In this document: in pieces, positions 11,942 through 24,202 of the stretch
How the letters are laid out: the number at the start of each line of letters is the position of its first letter
Numbering within the stretch: the stretch's first letter is position 1
Source: Squalus acanthias
Lineage: Eukaryota
Reading direction: 5' to 3'
NCBI GenBank assembly: GCA_030390025.1
Contig: CM059432.1
Coordinates: 28,150,001 to 28,214,000 of the forward strand
Length of the DNA: 64,000 nucleotides
Made by a program: the position numbers and the translations under genes
Notes under the pieces: generated by a model
What the model saw: only the letters and a program-made list of their open reading frames with translations
The model's database searches: none
Told to the model about the DNA's origin: nothing

Positions 11942-14101
11942 TTTAAGGGGCTATCAGTGGAAGGGCAATGGCAGACATTTAGAGATCGCATGGATGAACT
12001 ACAACAATTGTACATCCCGGTCTGGCGTAAAAATAAAAAAGGGAAGGTGGCTCAACCATGGCTAACAAGGGAAATCAGGGATAGTATTAAAACCAAGGAA
12101 GTTGCATACAAATTGGCCAGAAGTAGCAGCAAACCCGGGGACTGGGAGAACTTCAAAACTCAGCAGAGGAGGACGAAGGGTTTGATTAGGGCAGGGAAAA
12201 TAAAATATGAAAGGAAGCTTGCAGAGAACATTAAAATGGACTGCAAAAGCTTCTATAAATATGTAAAAAGAAAGAGGTTAGTAAAAACAAACGTAGGTCC
12301 CCTGCAGTCGGAAACAGGGGAAGTCGTAATGGGGAACAAGGAAATGGCAGATCAATTGAACAAGTACTTTGCTTCGGTGTTTACTGTGGAGGACACACAC
12401 AACCTGCCGGAAATAAAAGGGGTCAGAGGATATGGTAAGAGGGAGGAGCTGAGGGAAATCCTTATTAGTCGGGAAAAGGTATTGGGGAAATTGATGGGAC
12501 TGAAGGCTGAAAAATCCCCGGGGGCCTGATGGTCTGCATCCCAGAGTACTTAAGGAGGTGGCCTTGGAAATAGTGGATGCATTGACGATCATTTTCCAAC
12601 ATTCCTTAGACTCTGGATCAGTTCCGATGGAGTGGAGGGTGGCCAATGTAACCCCTCTTTTTAAAAAGGAGGGAGGGAGAAAGCAGGGAATTATAGACCG
12701 GTCAGCCTGACATCGGTCGTGGGTAAAATGATGGAAACAATTATTAAAGATGTCATAACAGACCATTTGGAAAGTGGCGACATGATAGGTCCAAGTCAGC
12801 ATGGATTTGTGAAAGGGAAATCATGCTTGACAAATCTTCTGGAATTTTTTGAGGATGTTTCCAATAGGGTGGACAGGGGGGAACCAGTAGATGTGGTGTA
12901 TTTGGACTTTCAGAAGGCCTTCGACAAGGTCCCACACAAGAGATTGGTGAGCAAAGTTAAAGCACATGGGATTGGGGGTAATGTGTTGACGTGGATTGAG
13001 AACTGGTTGGCACACAGGAAACAAAGAGTAGGAGTAAATGGGTACTTTTCAGAATGGCAGGCAGTGACCAGCGGGGTACCGCAGGGTTCGGTGCTGGGAC
13101 CCCAGCTGTTTACATTATATATTAATGATTTGGACGAAGGGATTAAATGTAATATCTCCAAATTTGCGGATGACACTAAATTGGGAGGCAGTGTGAACAA
13201 TGAGGAGGATGCTAGGAGGCTACAGAGTGACTTGGACAGGTTGGGTGAATGGGCAAATGTATGGCAGATGAAGTACAATGTGGATAAATGTGAGGTTATC
13301 CACTTTGGTGGTAAAAATAGAGAGGCGGACTATTACCTGAATGGTGGCAGATTAGGGAAAGGGGAGGTGCAACGAGACCTGGGCATCATGGTACATCAGT
13401 CACTGAAGGTGGAAATGCAAGTGAAGCAGGCAGTCAAGAAAGCAAACGGAATGATGGCCTTCATAGTAAGGGGATTTGAGTACAGGAGTAGGGAGGTGAT
13501 GCTGCAGTTGTACAGGGCCTTGGTGAGGCCACACCTGGAGTTTTGTGCGCAGTTTTGGTCTCCTAACTTAAGGAAGGACATTCTTGCTATTGAGGGAGTG
13601 CAGCGAAGGTTCACTAGATTGATTCCTGGGATGGCCGGACTGACATATCAAGAAAGATTGGGTCAACTGAACTTGTATCCTCTGGAGTTCAGAAGAATGA
13701 GGGGGGATCTTATAGAGACATTTAAAATCCTGACTGGTTTAGACAAATTAGATGCGGGCAGAATGTTCCCAATGTTAGGGAAAACTAGAACCAGGGGTCA
13801 CAGTCTAAGGATTAAGGGGAAGCCATTTAAGACTGAGCTGAGGAGGAACTTCTTCACCCAGAGAGTGGTGAATCTATGGAATTCTCTTCCACAGAAGGTT
13901 GTTGAGGCCAGTTCGCTAAATATATTCAAAAGGGAGTTAGATATAACACTCACAACTAGGGGGATCAAGGGGTATGGCGAGAAAGCAGGAATGGGGTACT
14001 GAGGTAGCATGTTCAGCCATGAACGCATTGAATGGCGGTGCAGGCTCGAAGGACCGAATGGTCTACTCCTGTACCTATTTTCTATGTTTCTATGTTTCTA
14101 T
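11942..14101 (+). mobile_element. Young 5'-truncated CR1 LINE (ORF2 RT region, two compensating 1-bp indels)
   Basis: ORFs 11957-12529 and 12719-14002; [10 protein letters not shown] and FADD motifs; (ttctatgt)n tail; GGATA at both junctions. Confidence 0.96.
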
Positions 14102-14176
14102 GGATAATAGACAGGAGGTAGTGAATTATCTATAGGTTCCTGAATGACTAGTTTTTTCTTATGGTTCGGTTGACAG

Positions 14177-14402
14177 GGCCGAGCTGCTGAGCGACAACGC
14201 GTCGTCTCAAGACGAAGCCTTCCTCAGTTACGGGCTGCGGCACAGCATCGCGTCCTACATGACCTTGTCACAGCTAGACGACGACTCATTCACGGGCGGC
14301 AACAAGAATTGGCTCCAACCGGTCAGATCCGGTGCTCAGAGCCGGCACAGCTGCCTCCTCGCTACGACGCTGCGAGAGCCGTACGAGGATGACTTTGATT
14401 AA
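14177..14402 (+). CDS. SLA: SLA last coding exon (AELLSDNASSQDEAFLSYGLRHSIASYMTL...EPYEDDFD*)
   Basis: AG at 14175-14176, TAA at 14400-14402, in frame. SYGLRHSIASYMTL matches human SYGLRESIASYLSL. Confidence 0.93.
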
Positions 14403-15297
14403 GGCATGCTCCGTACCTGCCTGTGATCTACACACACTTTAGTGAGCCATTAAGTGTCGTGCCACTGACTCTCGCTGTTCCAATGCAAATCAGACTTTGG
14501 CAATCGGGGGAGGGGGGCTGCTCTTCAGGTCTTTTCACTGATGGTTTGTTTTTTTCTTGCAAAATCTGTATAATTCTGTCGGATTTTTTGAGAAGTTTTA
14601 TTCGTATGAATCCGATCCTCTGCTATTTAAGCCCTTGTGTGCTGTCCCCCCACCCCACCCTGAGATTATTGCTTTGTATATACGATGTATTTAAATTGCA
14701 CAGTAGCATGTTTTTTGCATTCTTATTTGGAGAGGGGGTCCCCTGCTCAACGGGAACGATTTAGTGAAATGATTGCTCCTGTGCTGAAATTTTGTGTCAT
14801 GTATCTTTTTAAATTGTGTATTTATATAACTCGCTCAGTGGTTAAAACATCGTGCAATGTCACGCAGAGTACGAAGTCCCTCGGCCTGTGCTGGTCTCAG
14901 CCGTGGCAGCAGTTGGGGAGGGGGATTACTACAAATTTGGCACAGAAAAATCAGCCGCCCTCCCATGCCTGATCTCCCACCTCCACCGCTGGAAAGTGAA
15001 CATGTCCAGACATCAGGTGAGAGTGGAATTAGCCTCAGTTGCCATATCCTCCACAGTCAAATAACCTGATGACACTCACTTTCCCACTTCGCACATTAAG
15101 AGCTCTGCCTAAGGCCTAGTGTGACATGGAGGCCTTCAGTGCCAGAAATAGAAAGCACAATCAATGCAAGCTTCTCTCCCTCCCCCACCCCACCCTTATC
15201 CATTAGATTGCGAGGTAACCATCAGCAAAAATGGCCAATGATGTAACCACACTGAGAGCTTTTCCATTAGACTGTGCAGGAAACTCTGAGGGAAAGA

Positions 15298-15303
15298 AAT
15301 AAA
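15298..15303 (+). promoter_or_regulatory. Candidate proximal poly(A) signal for SLA
   Basis: AATAAA about 900 nt after the SLA stop; usage unknown. Confidence 0.3.
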
Positions 15304-15310
15304 ACTTTAA

Positions 15311-16011
15311 GGGGGAAAAATTCGGTTGCTTTGCGCCTCCCGTTAGCGCCCGTTGGCAACAGGGCACAAAGCGACTAGCACTCGGGCGCGGCGCCGCCAA
15401 CGCCTCCCGCGAAATTCAGCAGGAGGTTAGCGGCGGTGCTAACCGTTAGCGCCCCGCGGCGCTGCGCTGCCGGCGATGACGTCATCACCCTGCGCAGCGC
15501 CCCGCTCGCGCCCCGGCCGCGATCTTCGGTAGCGCCGCCTGACTTACCATCGGACGCTATGTCCGACGGGGTCAGGGGGGCCTACCTGCGGCCGGGGCAG
15601 CGCTATTTAAAGGCGAGGTGCCGGGCGGCCTCTGCTCCCGTCCCCGGCCTCCTGACCCATCCCCCCGCGGTGTGCCAGCTGCGCTCCATGAGTCTGGCAC
15701 TTCTCTTGAGTACTGGGCTCTTTTGCTGGCACTCTGATCCCTGGTGGCCCATCTGGGCCCCAGGTCGCGCTGCGTAAGGCCCCTCCCCTTTAAGAAGGGG
15801 AGGAAGGCCTGCAATACCACAGCACGTAGCGCCGCAATATTCCCTCGTAGCGCCCCAAGAGGGAGGCGGGCGCTTCCAGTAGCGCCTCGCTTCCCTCTTG
15901 GGGCGCTACCACTCAATTTCGGCCGCGTGGGTGGTAATGTTTCCGGGGTGCTAAAAGTAGCGCCCCAGCGAAGTTAGCGCCCCAAAGGGGGCGCGACTCA
16001 ATTTCTCCCCC
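15311..16011. mobile_element. GC/CpG-rich PIF/Harbinger-type MITE (family A)
   Basis: TIR gggggaaaaatt / aatttctccccc; TAA on both sides; inverted relative at 27625-28345. Confidence 0.85.
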
Positions 16012-16217
16012 TAATAGTTTCTTTTTAAAATGTGACCAAAGGAAATGGGTGAAAAATGACAGAAGCGACACTTTTGCATATTGGAGTCAGACCACACCAC
16101 ACAAACCACTCTCAATTTAGAAGGTTAAATAGGGGTGGGATTTTTTTTCTGTGGTGAGAGATTTTGGGCAATTAGGGTTTGTACAGCAGCCTGCTCTATC
16201 TAACATGGCTGCTGCTT

Positions 16218-16348
16218 TGTATGTGTGTGTAGGTGCGCGTTGGTGTGTGTGTTGGTGTTGGTACATGTAGGTGTGTGTGTACACATTGGTATGTGTGTAC
16301 ACACACATACACACACCAACACACACACACCAACACCAACACATACAC
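16218..16348. repeat. Compound (TG)n then (CA)n microsatellite
   Basis: TG-rich half 16218-16295, CA-rich half 16298-16348. Confidence 0.85.
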
Positions 16349-16748
16349 TTTGTTTCTAGAGAGGGGGAAGGTTTTGGGCTGGGATGCCCATCAGGAAATG
16401 GTCAGTTCTAAAACGACAACCATGCATTTATTCGTAATTTAAAAAACACAGAATGCTTCAGCAAGTGTTCACAAAAATGTATGAGTTGAATAGGATATTG
16501 AACTACTACCACTCATGTTTATGTTGCTCAGTTTCTGCTGTATAATATAATAATATAATCCGTCTTCTAAACACTGTGGATCAGTTCTGTATGGTACTAG
16601 ATTGCATGCACAGCAGACTGTATGTAAAAATCACACTGTAATAGTCCATATCAATCACAGCAAGCAAAGCTTATACAGTATTGTTTAAAGGGGGAGGAAA
16701 ATCTTATGGGATTTTTTTTTTGTTCATATTTAATCCCCCTTTGCTTGG

Positions 16749-16754
16749 AATAAA
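16749..16754 (+). promoter_or_regulatory. Candidate distal poly(A) signal for SLA
   Basis: AATAAA at the end of an AU-rich, non-repetitive, UTR-like stretch (16430-16760). Confidence 0.4.
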
Positions 16755-17364
16755 ATGATAGTGTTGCCAGAAAGCCAGTAGCTTCTCCAAATCATCTGCC
16801 GTAATTTTGCCGTTTGCACCGTTTCTCTGGAGTTTACGCCAATCTTCTGCCAAAGTTACGGCCGGAGATCATTGACTCCCAGGAAAGTCTACCCCAAAGT
16901 CCTCTGTTTAATAAAACATCATACAATCGATTCCCCTGATCTTTGCCCCCCCAGGGAACGCAAAGCAGAAGGAAAAGGAGTGGAGGCACATGATGTTGGG
17001 ACTTGCCCCCCCCCTCTGCATTGCCCTCGGAAGTCCGGTGGTTTCTCTGGGGGGGTGGGGGTGCGGGGGGGTGGTGGGAGGAACATTAGGAACAGGAGTA
17101 CGCCATTCTGCCCCTCAAGCCTGCTCCGCCATTCAGTTAGATTATGGCTGATCTGTACCTCAACTCCATTAACATGCCTTAGCTAACACATTCCTTGATA
17201 CCCTCACCCAACAAAAGTCTAGAAATCTCAGTCTTGAAAGCTCCAATTTTCCCAAGCATCCACAGCCTTTTGGGAGAGAGAATTCTAGATTTCCACGACC
17301 CTCTTTGTGAAAAAGTGCTTCCTGATTACACTCCTGAATGGCCTAGCTCTAATTTTAAGATGGC

Positions 17365-18125
17365 GGGGGTTAAATTGGATAGTACCCGAAAACGGGCGCA
17401 GGGATCATGATGCGCCATTAACCCACACCCGTTGATTGAGATGCAGGCAGGATGCCAGCTTTGTGCTGCCTGCGCATTACCATGATTTCTACATGCAGCC
17501 AGCGCTCCCCACACTGTATCTTGGCTGCACGCATCAGTAGGGGGCCCACTATCATGAGAGCCTAGCAGTACGGAAAGCTAGCCTGCACCTCTTAAAGGGG
17601 AGATGCATTGTGGCTGCTGGAGGTGCTGAGATCATTGGGAATAGTGTGATGTTCAACAATCAACAATGGCTGACCGTGGAAGAGACCGGGCGCCGAGGTT
17701 TTCAGATGCTGCACTGGAGGTCATGATTGAAGAGGTGAAACGGAGGAGAAATGTCTTGTATCCGCAGTGGGGGGGCAGGAGGACCTCCAGAAGGCAGTAG
17801 CAAGATATAGCCGTGGAGGTCAATGCCAGGAGTATAGCTCTAAGAACATGGATGCAGTGCAGAAAGAGGTTTAATGATCTTACACGAGTGGCCAAGGCCA
17901 GTGAATGTATCTACAAATACAATATTGTATCAACTGCATCACCATCCTCGGCCTCTGCTCAATTCACCACACCCCCATCACTCACCTACCAACAATCTCT
18001 ATCAATCAGGACTCATACATAACATATATATGTTTTACCTCGCCCTCACATACTTAGCACTGTTGCAAGCCTCAAACCAACATCTCACAGCTTGCACACA
18101 CTGGCAGCTATTTAATACAAGCCAA
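17365..18125 (+). mobile_element. Harbinger-type transposon remnant with a Myb/SANT-like (NAIF1/MSANTD-like) pseudo-ORF at 17666-17897
   Basis: MADRGRDRAPRFSDAALEVMIEEVKRRRNVLYP...RQ*QDIAVEVNARSIALRTWMQCRKRFNDLTRVAK; ggggg-ttaaattgg TIR-like start. Confidence 0.75.
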
Positions 18126-21032
18126 GTTTGTGCAACCTGTCCTCATAATTTAACCCTCTAAGCCCCAGTATCATTCTGAGGGAGTGGAGCACTTATGTTT
18201 ACAACAGCCACAAGCATTGAAATGATATGGAAATGAGGTGGGAGTGACATCACCATACCTACTACCTGCCCTCTCATTCTTCTAGGTCTCTGCTTGCCAG
18301 ATAGAATCATAGAATAGAATCATAGAATCGTTACAGCACAATAGGAGGCCAGTCGGCCCGTCGAGCCCATGCCGGCTCTCTGCAAGAACACTTCAGCTAG
18401 TCCCAATCGCCTGCCCTTTCCCTGTTACCCTGCAAATTTTTTTCCCAGTGGAGGTTAGCTCACAGGTAGTAGGCCTTACGCCCAGCTCTCTCAGCTTAGA
18501 GGATCTGTGAAGAGACTGAGAGCAAGGTCTGGAAGGCTGCAAACAGGTAGGTTTACTTTCCAACATGCCTGCTCACAAAGCCACCGCCCCCACCCCTGTG
18601 CCTCCCCACCCCTCCCCCCCTTCCCAGTACAGCACAACTTTGCAGCCAGAAAGGCCCTGTCGTTTTTCCTCCCTCCTCCACAAAGCTCTGCTAAGGTTCC
18701 TGTGCTGGAGCAACACCAGTTCTATTAAATTGACCTGAAACCAGAAATACAGGCAGGCTCAGGTCAGGCGAAGTGCACATCAGGTGTGTTCTGCCTGATT
18801 CGTGCCCAAGGTAATGGGGTAGGGTTTGGGAGAATAATCGGCCTTCAATTTTCTCACTGACATGGAAGATCCCCAATTAAAGTCTCCCTCCTTACTAGGC
18901 CAGTGGGTGTAACTTCAAATCGGCCTGAGAGCTGTCCTGAATTTACCCTACCCAGGACAATGTTATTGCAGTCTCAGAAAGTTGCATCTTCAGCCCTGCA
19001 GTGCACTTTCCCAGTTGTTCTGAAATTGTGCCAGACTCCCATGCTATTTGCAATGGAGTCAATCTGGGATGTTCCCAGAAATAGATACTACTGAACAGAT
19101 GAGGATAGAGAAAGAGCCTACTCAAGCAAATTCGTTGCTCTTAAAAGAAAGTGAAATCAATTTAAGGTCAAGCTGTCATTTTCTTCTTTAAAAGGGGGGA
19201 GTTACTGTGATCAAAATGGCTTCTTTAAAGTAGCCACATTTCAGCATCTTCCTCCTTCATGCCCAGCTCTGTCAGTCTCTCCCTCCAAACAGGAAGCAGT
19301 TTGCGGTGGTCATCTGTCCTTTGAATGTCTAACCAACATCAGACGGAAGCCCACCATGCCATTGGGATCAGAAAATCGCTGGTGCCTGCAGTGCTTTAAA
19401 GAGGCCAGCTGCCATCCAGTCAGCCTCTGAGCCTAAAAATAATACCTGCCAGTGAGGGAAAGCGTATCTCTTGCCCCATGTTTGATTATAATCACTGAGG
19501 GGCGCCACGGAAACATCGGCAGGAGCTGGGCAAAAATTGGTTGGGGTTGGCAGAAGGCAGACAGAGGCCCCACCCAACAATGTTAGACCAACTATCCCGG
19601 CCAGGAGGAAAATCCTGGTTCAAACATCTAAAATGTTTCAGAGATTTGAGTTTTGGCACACAACACATTCAAAGTGAACCCGCAACTTATAAAGTCCGAG
19701 CACCCGCACCCCCGCCACACTCCCCGGAATGTACTGAACCCCTCCCCATTTTGGTGACATTCCCAGAATCCCTTGAATTTCAAGCTTCCGATGCTGGAAA
19801 GCCAAAACAAATCCCCAGTTCCTTATTATTGCAGGATCCATAGGATTTAATCCAAAAGTCAGATGGGTTTTAAAGCATTTGAATCCCTGGGACCAACAGC
19901 GTTCATTAACCCTAAATCTACCAGTCGCAGTGTTTGTTTCCCGAACTTTACAGAGCTCCTGTTTATCAGTAGGAAAGGAATTAATAAACAAATTCATCTC
20001 AATAAATAGACACAAATTACAACAACAGCCTACAGCAACACCACTCATATAGGTACAACATCTATTTTGCATTAGTTTAGGTAAAATATACATAATCTAC
20101 ATTCTACAGGATGTGTACAGACTATGCAGGATTATATAACTCAGAACAATCTCACTTAAACCCTACCACACTGGTCCCCATTCACATTTCCATCTTTACT
20201 CATCTTTGAGGCTGAGACGATGGGGGTAATTTTAACCTGGGGCGCTATTGGATTGGCCACCCGCTATATATTAAAAATTGCGAACAATCTGGATATCTCC
20301 CGTTTTACACTAAAATTGCCCCCAATTTTCCTTCCAATCTCCCTGACCTCTCTGGGCCCTACAAGGCATGCAGTTCAGAGAGTGAGGGCTGATCTACTGT
20401 AGGACTTCAACAAACGGAGCTCCTCAGCTGGTCACGGGATAACGCATCATAATTAGGCAGGGACAGCTCCCTCTTCCAGCCAATTGGGAATTGCTCAGTT
20501 TTGACTGGCCCTTGCCCACAGTAGCACGGCCACAATTGGGAACTTTGCAGTATGGAAGGGGGTGAGGGTGGTGGAGGGGTGACCTGAAGCAAAAATCTAT
20601 CCTCTTCAAATAAGCTGCATCACATCAGCCTTCCAATCCAAATGTCAGCGAAACCACAATTACACAGATACGACGGAAACTCATTACAGCTGAAAAGAGA
20701 TGTGGGCCGGGAATGTTCTCTGAGCTGCTCCCGCTCAGCTGTCAGAACTCTGCTGGCGTGCAGTGGAGGCTCTGTTTACACGTGAAAATAGGGTTTCCAC
20801 CGCACCTCAGCGGAAGTTACAGCGACAGAGAGGGAGCAGCTCCGAGGAAATTCCCAGCCTTGGTATTTTCCCTCCTTACTGTTACAGAGGGGCAGTCCCA
20901 GACAGGGGCCTTGCGTGTCAAACCATCTTAAAGCGTGTCACAGGAATTATTTTTTGTTCCCACAATGAAAGTGCCTTTTATGCAGTAGATTACTCCCCAC
21001 TTCCTCAAAACCTCAATAAGACTGCCTCTTAC

Positions 21033-21229
21033 CAGTAGCATGGCTCGTTTGAAAAGCTTGGTGCCAGATGCAGCGATGAGGTTCATGCTGGCGATGTCAG
21101 CGCCCCCGCGGTCCGCAGCAATCGTGACCCGTGACGGAGATCCTCCAAAGTAACCAATGTTTCTCTGCAGCCACTTTAACACAGCCATCTGATCCAACAG
21201 GCCCCAGTTGCCACTGGTCGCTTCAGTGC
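21033..21229 (-). CDS. TG: Thyroglobulin exon (human exon 41 equivalent), ChEL domain (TEATSGNWGLLDQMAVLKWLQRNIGYFGGSPSRVTIAADRGGADIASMNL...LFKRAMLL)
   Basis: 197 bp, AG/GT boundaries. GNWGLLDQ and the TG-specific AADRGGAD in place of the esterase GxSxG motif. Confidence 0.97.
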
Positions 21230-21364
21230 CTGCAAGGAGAAAGGAACCTCCCTTTATCAAAATCTTTTTTTTACCCCCAGTTTTTGTACCCCCTCCTTTT
21301 CTGAAGTTGCTGACTCAGGCTGCAGTATGGTTCCATGGAAACTGGAAGCCCTCCACCACCTCAA

Positions 21365-21885
21365 ACTAGCGGCAGCTTTTCACGGCCTCCCATCTTTCAC
21401 CGTCCGTAAACCTGTGCTCATCCCGAACCCTGCTGCCCACATTCCTGACTCGCATCAGGTCCCATTCACCCATCACCCGTGTGCTCTCTGACCTCCATTG
21501 GCTGCTGGTCCATCGACACCATGATTTTAAAATTCTCATCAAATCCCTCCATGGCCTGATCCCTCCCGATCTCTGCAACCTCCTCCAGCCTTACAATCCT
21601 TCAAGATCTCTGCACTCCTCCAAACCTGGCCTTGCGCACGTCCGATTTTCATTGCACCACCATTGGCGGCCATGCCTTCAGCGGTCTAAGCTCGGCAATT
21701 CCCTCCCTAAACCTCCGCCTCTCTCTCCTCCTTTAATACCCCCCTTAAAACCTATCTCTTTGACTAAGCTTTCAGTCACCCATTCTATTATTTGCTTCTT
21801 TGGCTTGGTGTCACTTGCTTCCCCCGTGAAGCGCCTTGGGACGTTTCCATATGTTAAAGGTGCTGTACCCATGCAAGTTGTTGCT
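21365..21885 (+). mobile_element. L2-type LINE 3' fragment
   Basis: ITRVLSDLHWLLV...FKIL..KSLHGL.P..LCNLLQPYNPSRSL and tail. Confidence 0.8.
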
Positions 21886-22464
21886 GATGAGTGCCAGCAG
21901 TTTTCAACCATGAGGTTGCCCTCAGCTGAAGTGCACACACTCTGTACTTCCCAGTATTAGTCACTGGATGACAATCAGTTGTGGCAACTCTAGCTGATTT
22001 TTCCCCTCCCCTTGGACTCTAAGGACTAGCACCATTAGGGTTCAGACTACATAGCTCTGATGCTGAGTTAGCACTGGCATAATGAGGCCTTCCGTGGTGA
22101 AGTTTCTGTAGTTTGAGGACTACCGCGGCGATATTCTTCACTGATGAAATGTTACAAATTAGCACTGCCATTGCAGAGGTTTGCACAGCAGAGACACATA
22201 TGGGGAATTTGGGCGTGGAGCTAAGTTCAGTCGATTTTTGGCTTAGAGGATTTTCTATCCATGCATTTCAATGGTTACAAAAATTGTGCAGGGTTGCAAA
22301 TTGGACTACCCTAACCTTCAGGGCGGATTCCCGATGTGCACTCCTATCCCGTGGAGCTCTGCATCAGGAGTAATAAGATGTAAGGTTCACAACAGAACGT
22401 GCAGTTTTATAGTTCCACCCAGAGCCTTAAAAGAGACAAGGTCACAATTTATCACTTGGCTTAC

Positions 22465-22624
22465 CGTCACTCAGGAATCCAAACACTCCGACCCTATAGT
22501 TTGCTGTCACAACAAGGATGCTTCCAATGGATGCCAGGTAGGACCCGTCAATGTTCGTCTGTCTCTCTCCTCTGTAATCTGCGGCGCTGTTGTAGAAGAA
22601 GACCAGCACAGAGTTGTTCCCAAC
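22465..22624 (-). CDS. TG: TG exon 40 equivalent (VGNNSVLVFFYNSAADYRGERQTNIDGSYLASIGSILVVTANYRVGVFGFLSDG)
   Basis: 160 bp, AG/GT, in frame with neighbours. YRVGVFGFL motif. Confidence 0.96.
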
Positions 22625-23439
22625 CTGTCACGCAACAAAACTCAGAATTAATAATAAGTCAAGAAGACACAGCCATAGCGCATTTATTTATAGAGGTTTT
22701 ACCATCCGTTTTTTTGCCCACTCTTGAAGCTGCAAGGGAGGAGCTTCCACAAGTGCTGATAGTACTCCAGCACCTTGGGTGCTCTTCATGCTTATTCCTT
22801 ATTTATTGACATTCGGAGAAACCCATCCTCTTCCCCGCTTGCTAGACTATCTTTACTCACCTATTCATGTTAATGGGTGGACAAGTATGGGTTGGCAAGC
22901 ATAGAAGTGGAAAATTAAGGCCGTTGAGTCTGCAAACCAAATGGCTGAGAAATTCACACAGGCTCTCTGCCCAATGTGGAAAGCACTCTCCCCATACGGG
23001 CACACCCCACTATTGTATGCGGAGTAGTACTGCAGGAGTTTCACCAGTTAAAACCATGCAGCCTATCAACTGAAAATATCGATGTGCTCTTCTGGGCCTG
23101 GCCTCTTCCTCATCTACATGCTGCCTTTTGGTGGCATCCTATAAAGATATGGGGGTCGATTGTTAACACCTGGGGGGAACCTATCCTAGCAAGCGGCTGG
23201 CCTGTCCAGGAACTTTCCCTGCCCGAAGCATCCTCCTACACACGCCTCCCTGCCAAACCCCTCCGATCCACACCTTGTGCCGTAGATATCCAGCGGCGGC
23301 CTCTGAACCACCTGATTTTAACAGCTGGGCAGCCGCTTCCAGCCAAATTCCCACTCGTGTTGCTACCTCTCCCAGACAGGCTGGCCACTCGCTAGGCCAC
23401 CTTCCCGCCAGGGACAAAAAAACCAGCCCTAAGTCTTAG

Positions 23440-23945
23440 GATGATGCCCCCAATAGGCAGCATATAGAAGAGGAAGAGAACAGAGCCAAGATTAGATTTT
23501 TGGGGACTAGAAGTAATCATGCATGGGTGGGAAGAGAGCTAACGCTGGAGATGCTTTAGCTATGATTGGATGGGTGAAACCAAGTGACGGCAGTCCCACT
23601 GAGCTGGACAACAGAGGAGAGGCGTTGGAGAAGGATGGTGCAGTCAGCCATGTCAAAGGCTACACAGAGGTCAAAGAGGATGAGGAGGGATAACGTACCA
23701 CGGCCATAGTAACAAAGCATGTCATTTGTGATTTTGGTTAAGGCCATTTCAGTCTTGTGGCAGGGGTGTAAACCTGATTGGAGAGATTCAAACATGGAGT
23801 TGTGGGACAGATAGACACCAATTTGGGAGACGACAGCACATACAAGGACTTTGGAGAGGAATGGGAGGTCGGAGAAGGGGTGATAGCATGCAAGGGCAGA
23901 GGGATCAATGGTTGATTTTTGGATGGAGTGGTAACGATGGTTTCG
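23440..23945 (-). mobile_element. L2-type LINE RT fragment
   Basis: FESLQSG..P.H.TE.AL.KITND.....LL.L.DL..AFD motif. Confidence 0.75.
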
Positions 23946-24108
23946 GTGAAGAGATTTGATCTAAAATGTGTGAGCCTAGATTGTGTCCCTGTATTACAAA
24001 GTGGAAAAATCAGCAGAAATCCCCCTCTGATCACTATAAGTCTAGAGAATTACATTCACTGAGGCCCTGAGGTTTTTTGTTGTATAAGCTGTAGCTATCA
24101 CTACTCAC

Positions 24109-24202
24109 AATGCTCTTGGGGACGAATATATTCAGGTAGAGACAGTCTTCATCCACGGTGGAGTAAACGGCCTTCGCGTCTCCTGGTTGTAGGCAGCTGG
24201 GC
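24109..24202 (-). CDS. TG: TG exon 39 equivalent (PSCLQPGDAKAVYSTVDEDCLYLNIFVPKSI)
   Basis: 94 bp, AG/GT. EDCLYLN carboxylesterase-family signature. Confidence 0.96.

Noticed and set aside
733..14402. Src-family kinase or SLA2
   Set aside because: There is no kinase domain after the SH2, the tail is SLA-type, and the position inside TG matches SLA.
15436..15977. GC-rich ORFs and apparent CpG-island promoters here and at 27635-28264
   Set aside because: They lie entirely within TIR/TSD-bounded MITEs. The ORFs reflect stop-codon scarcity in GC-rich DNA.
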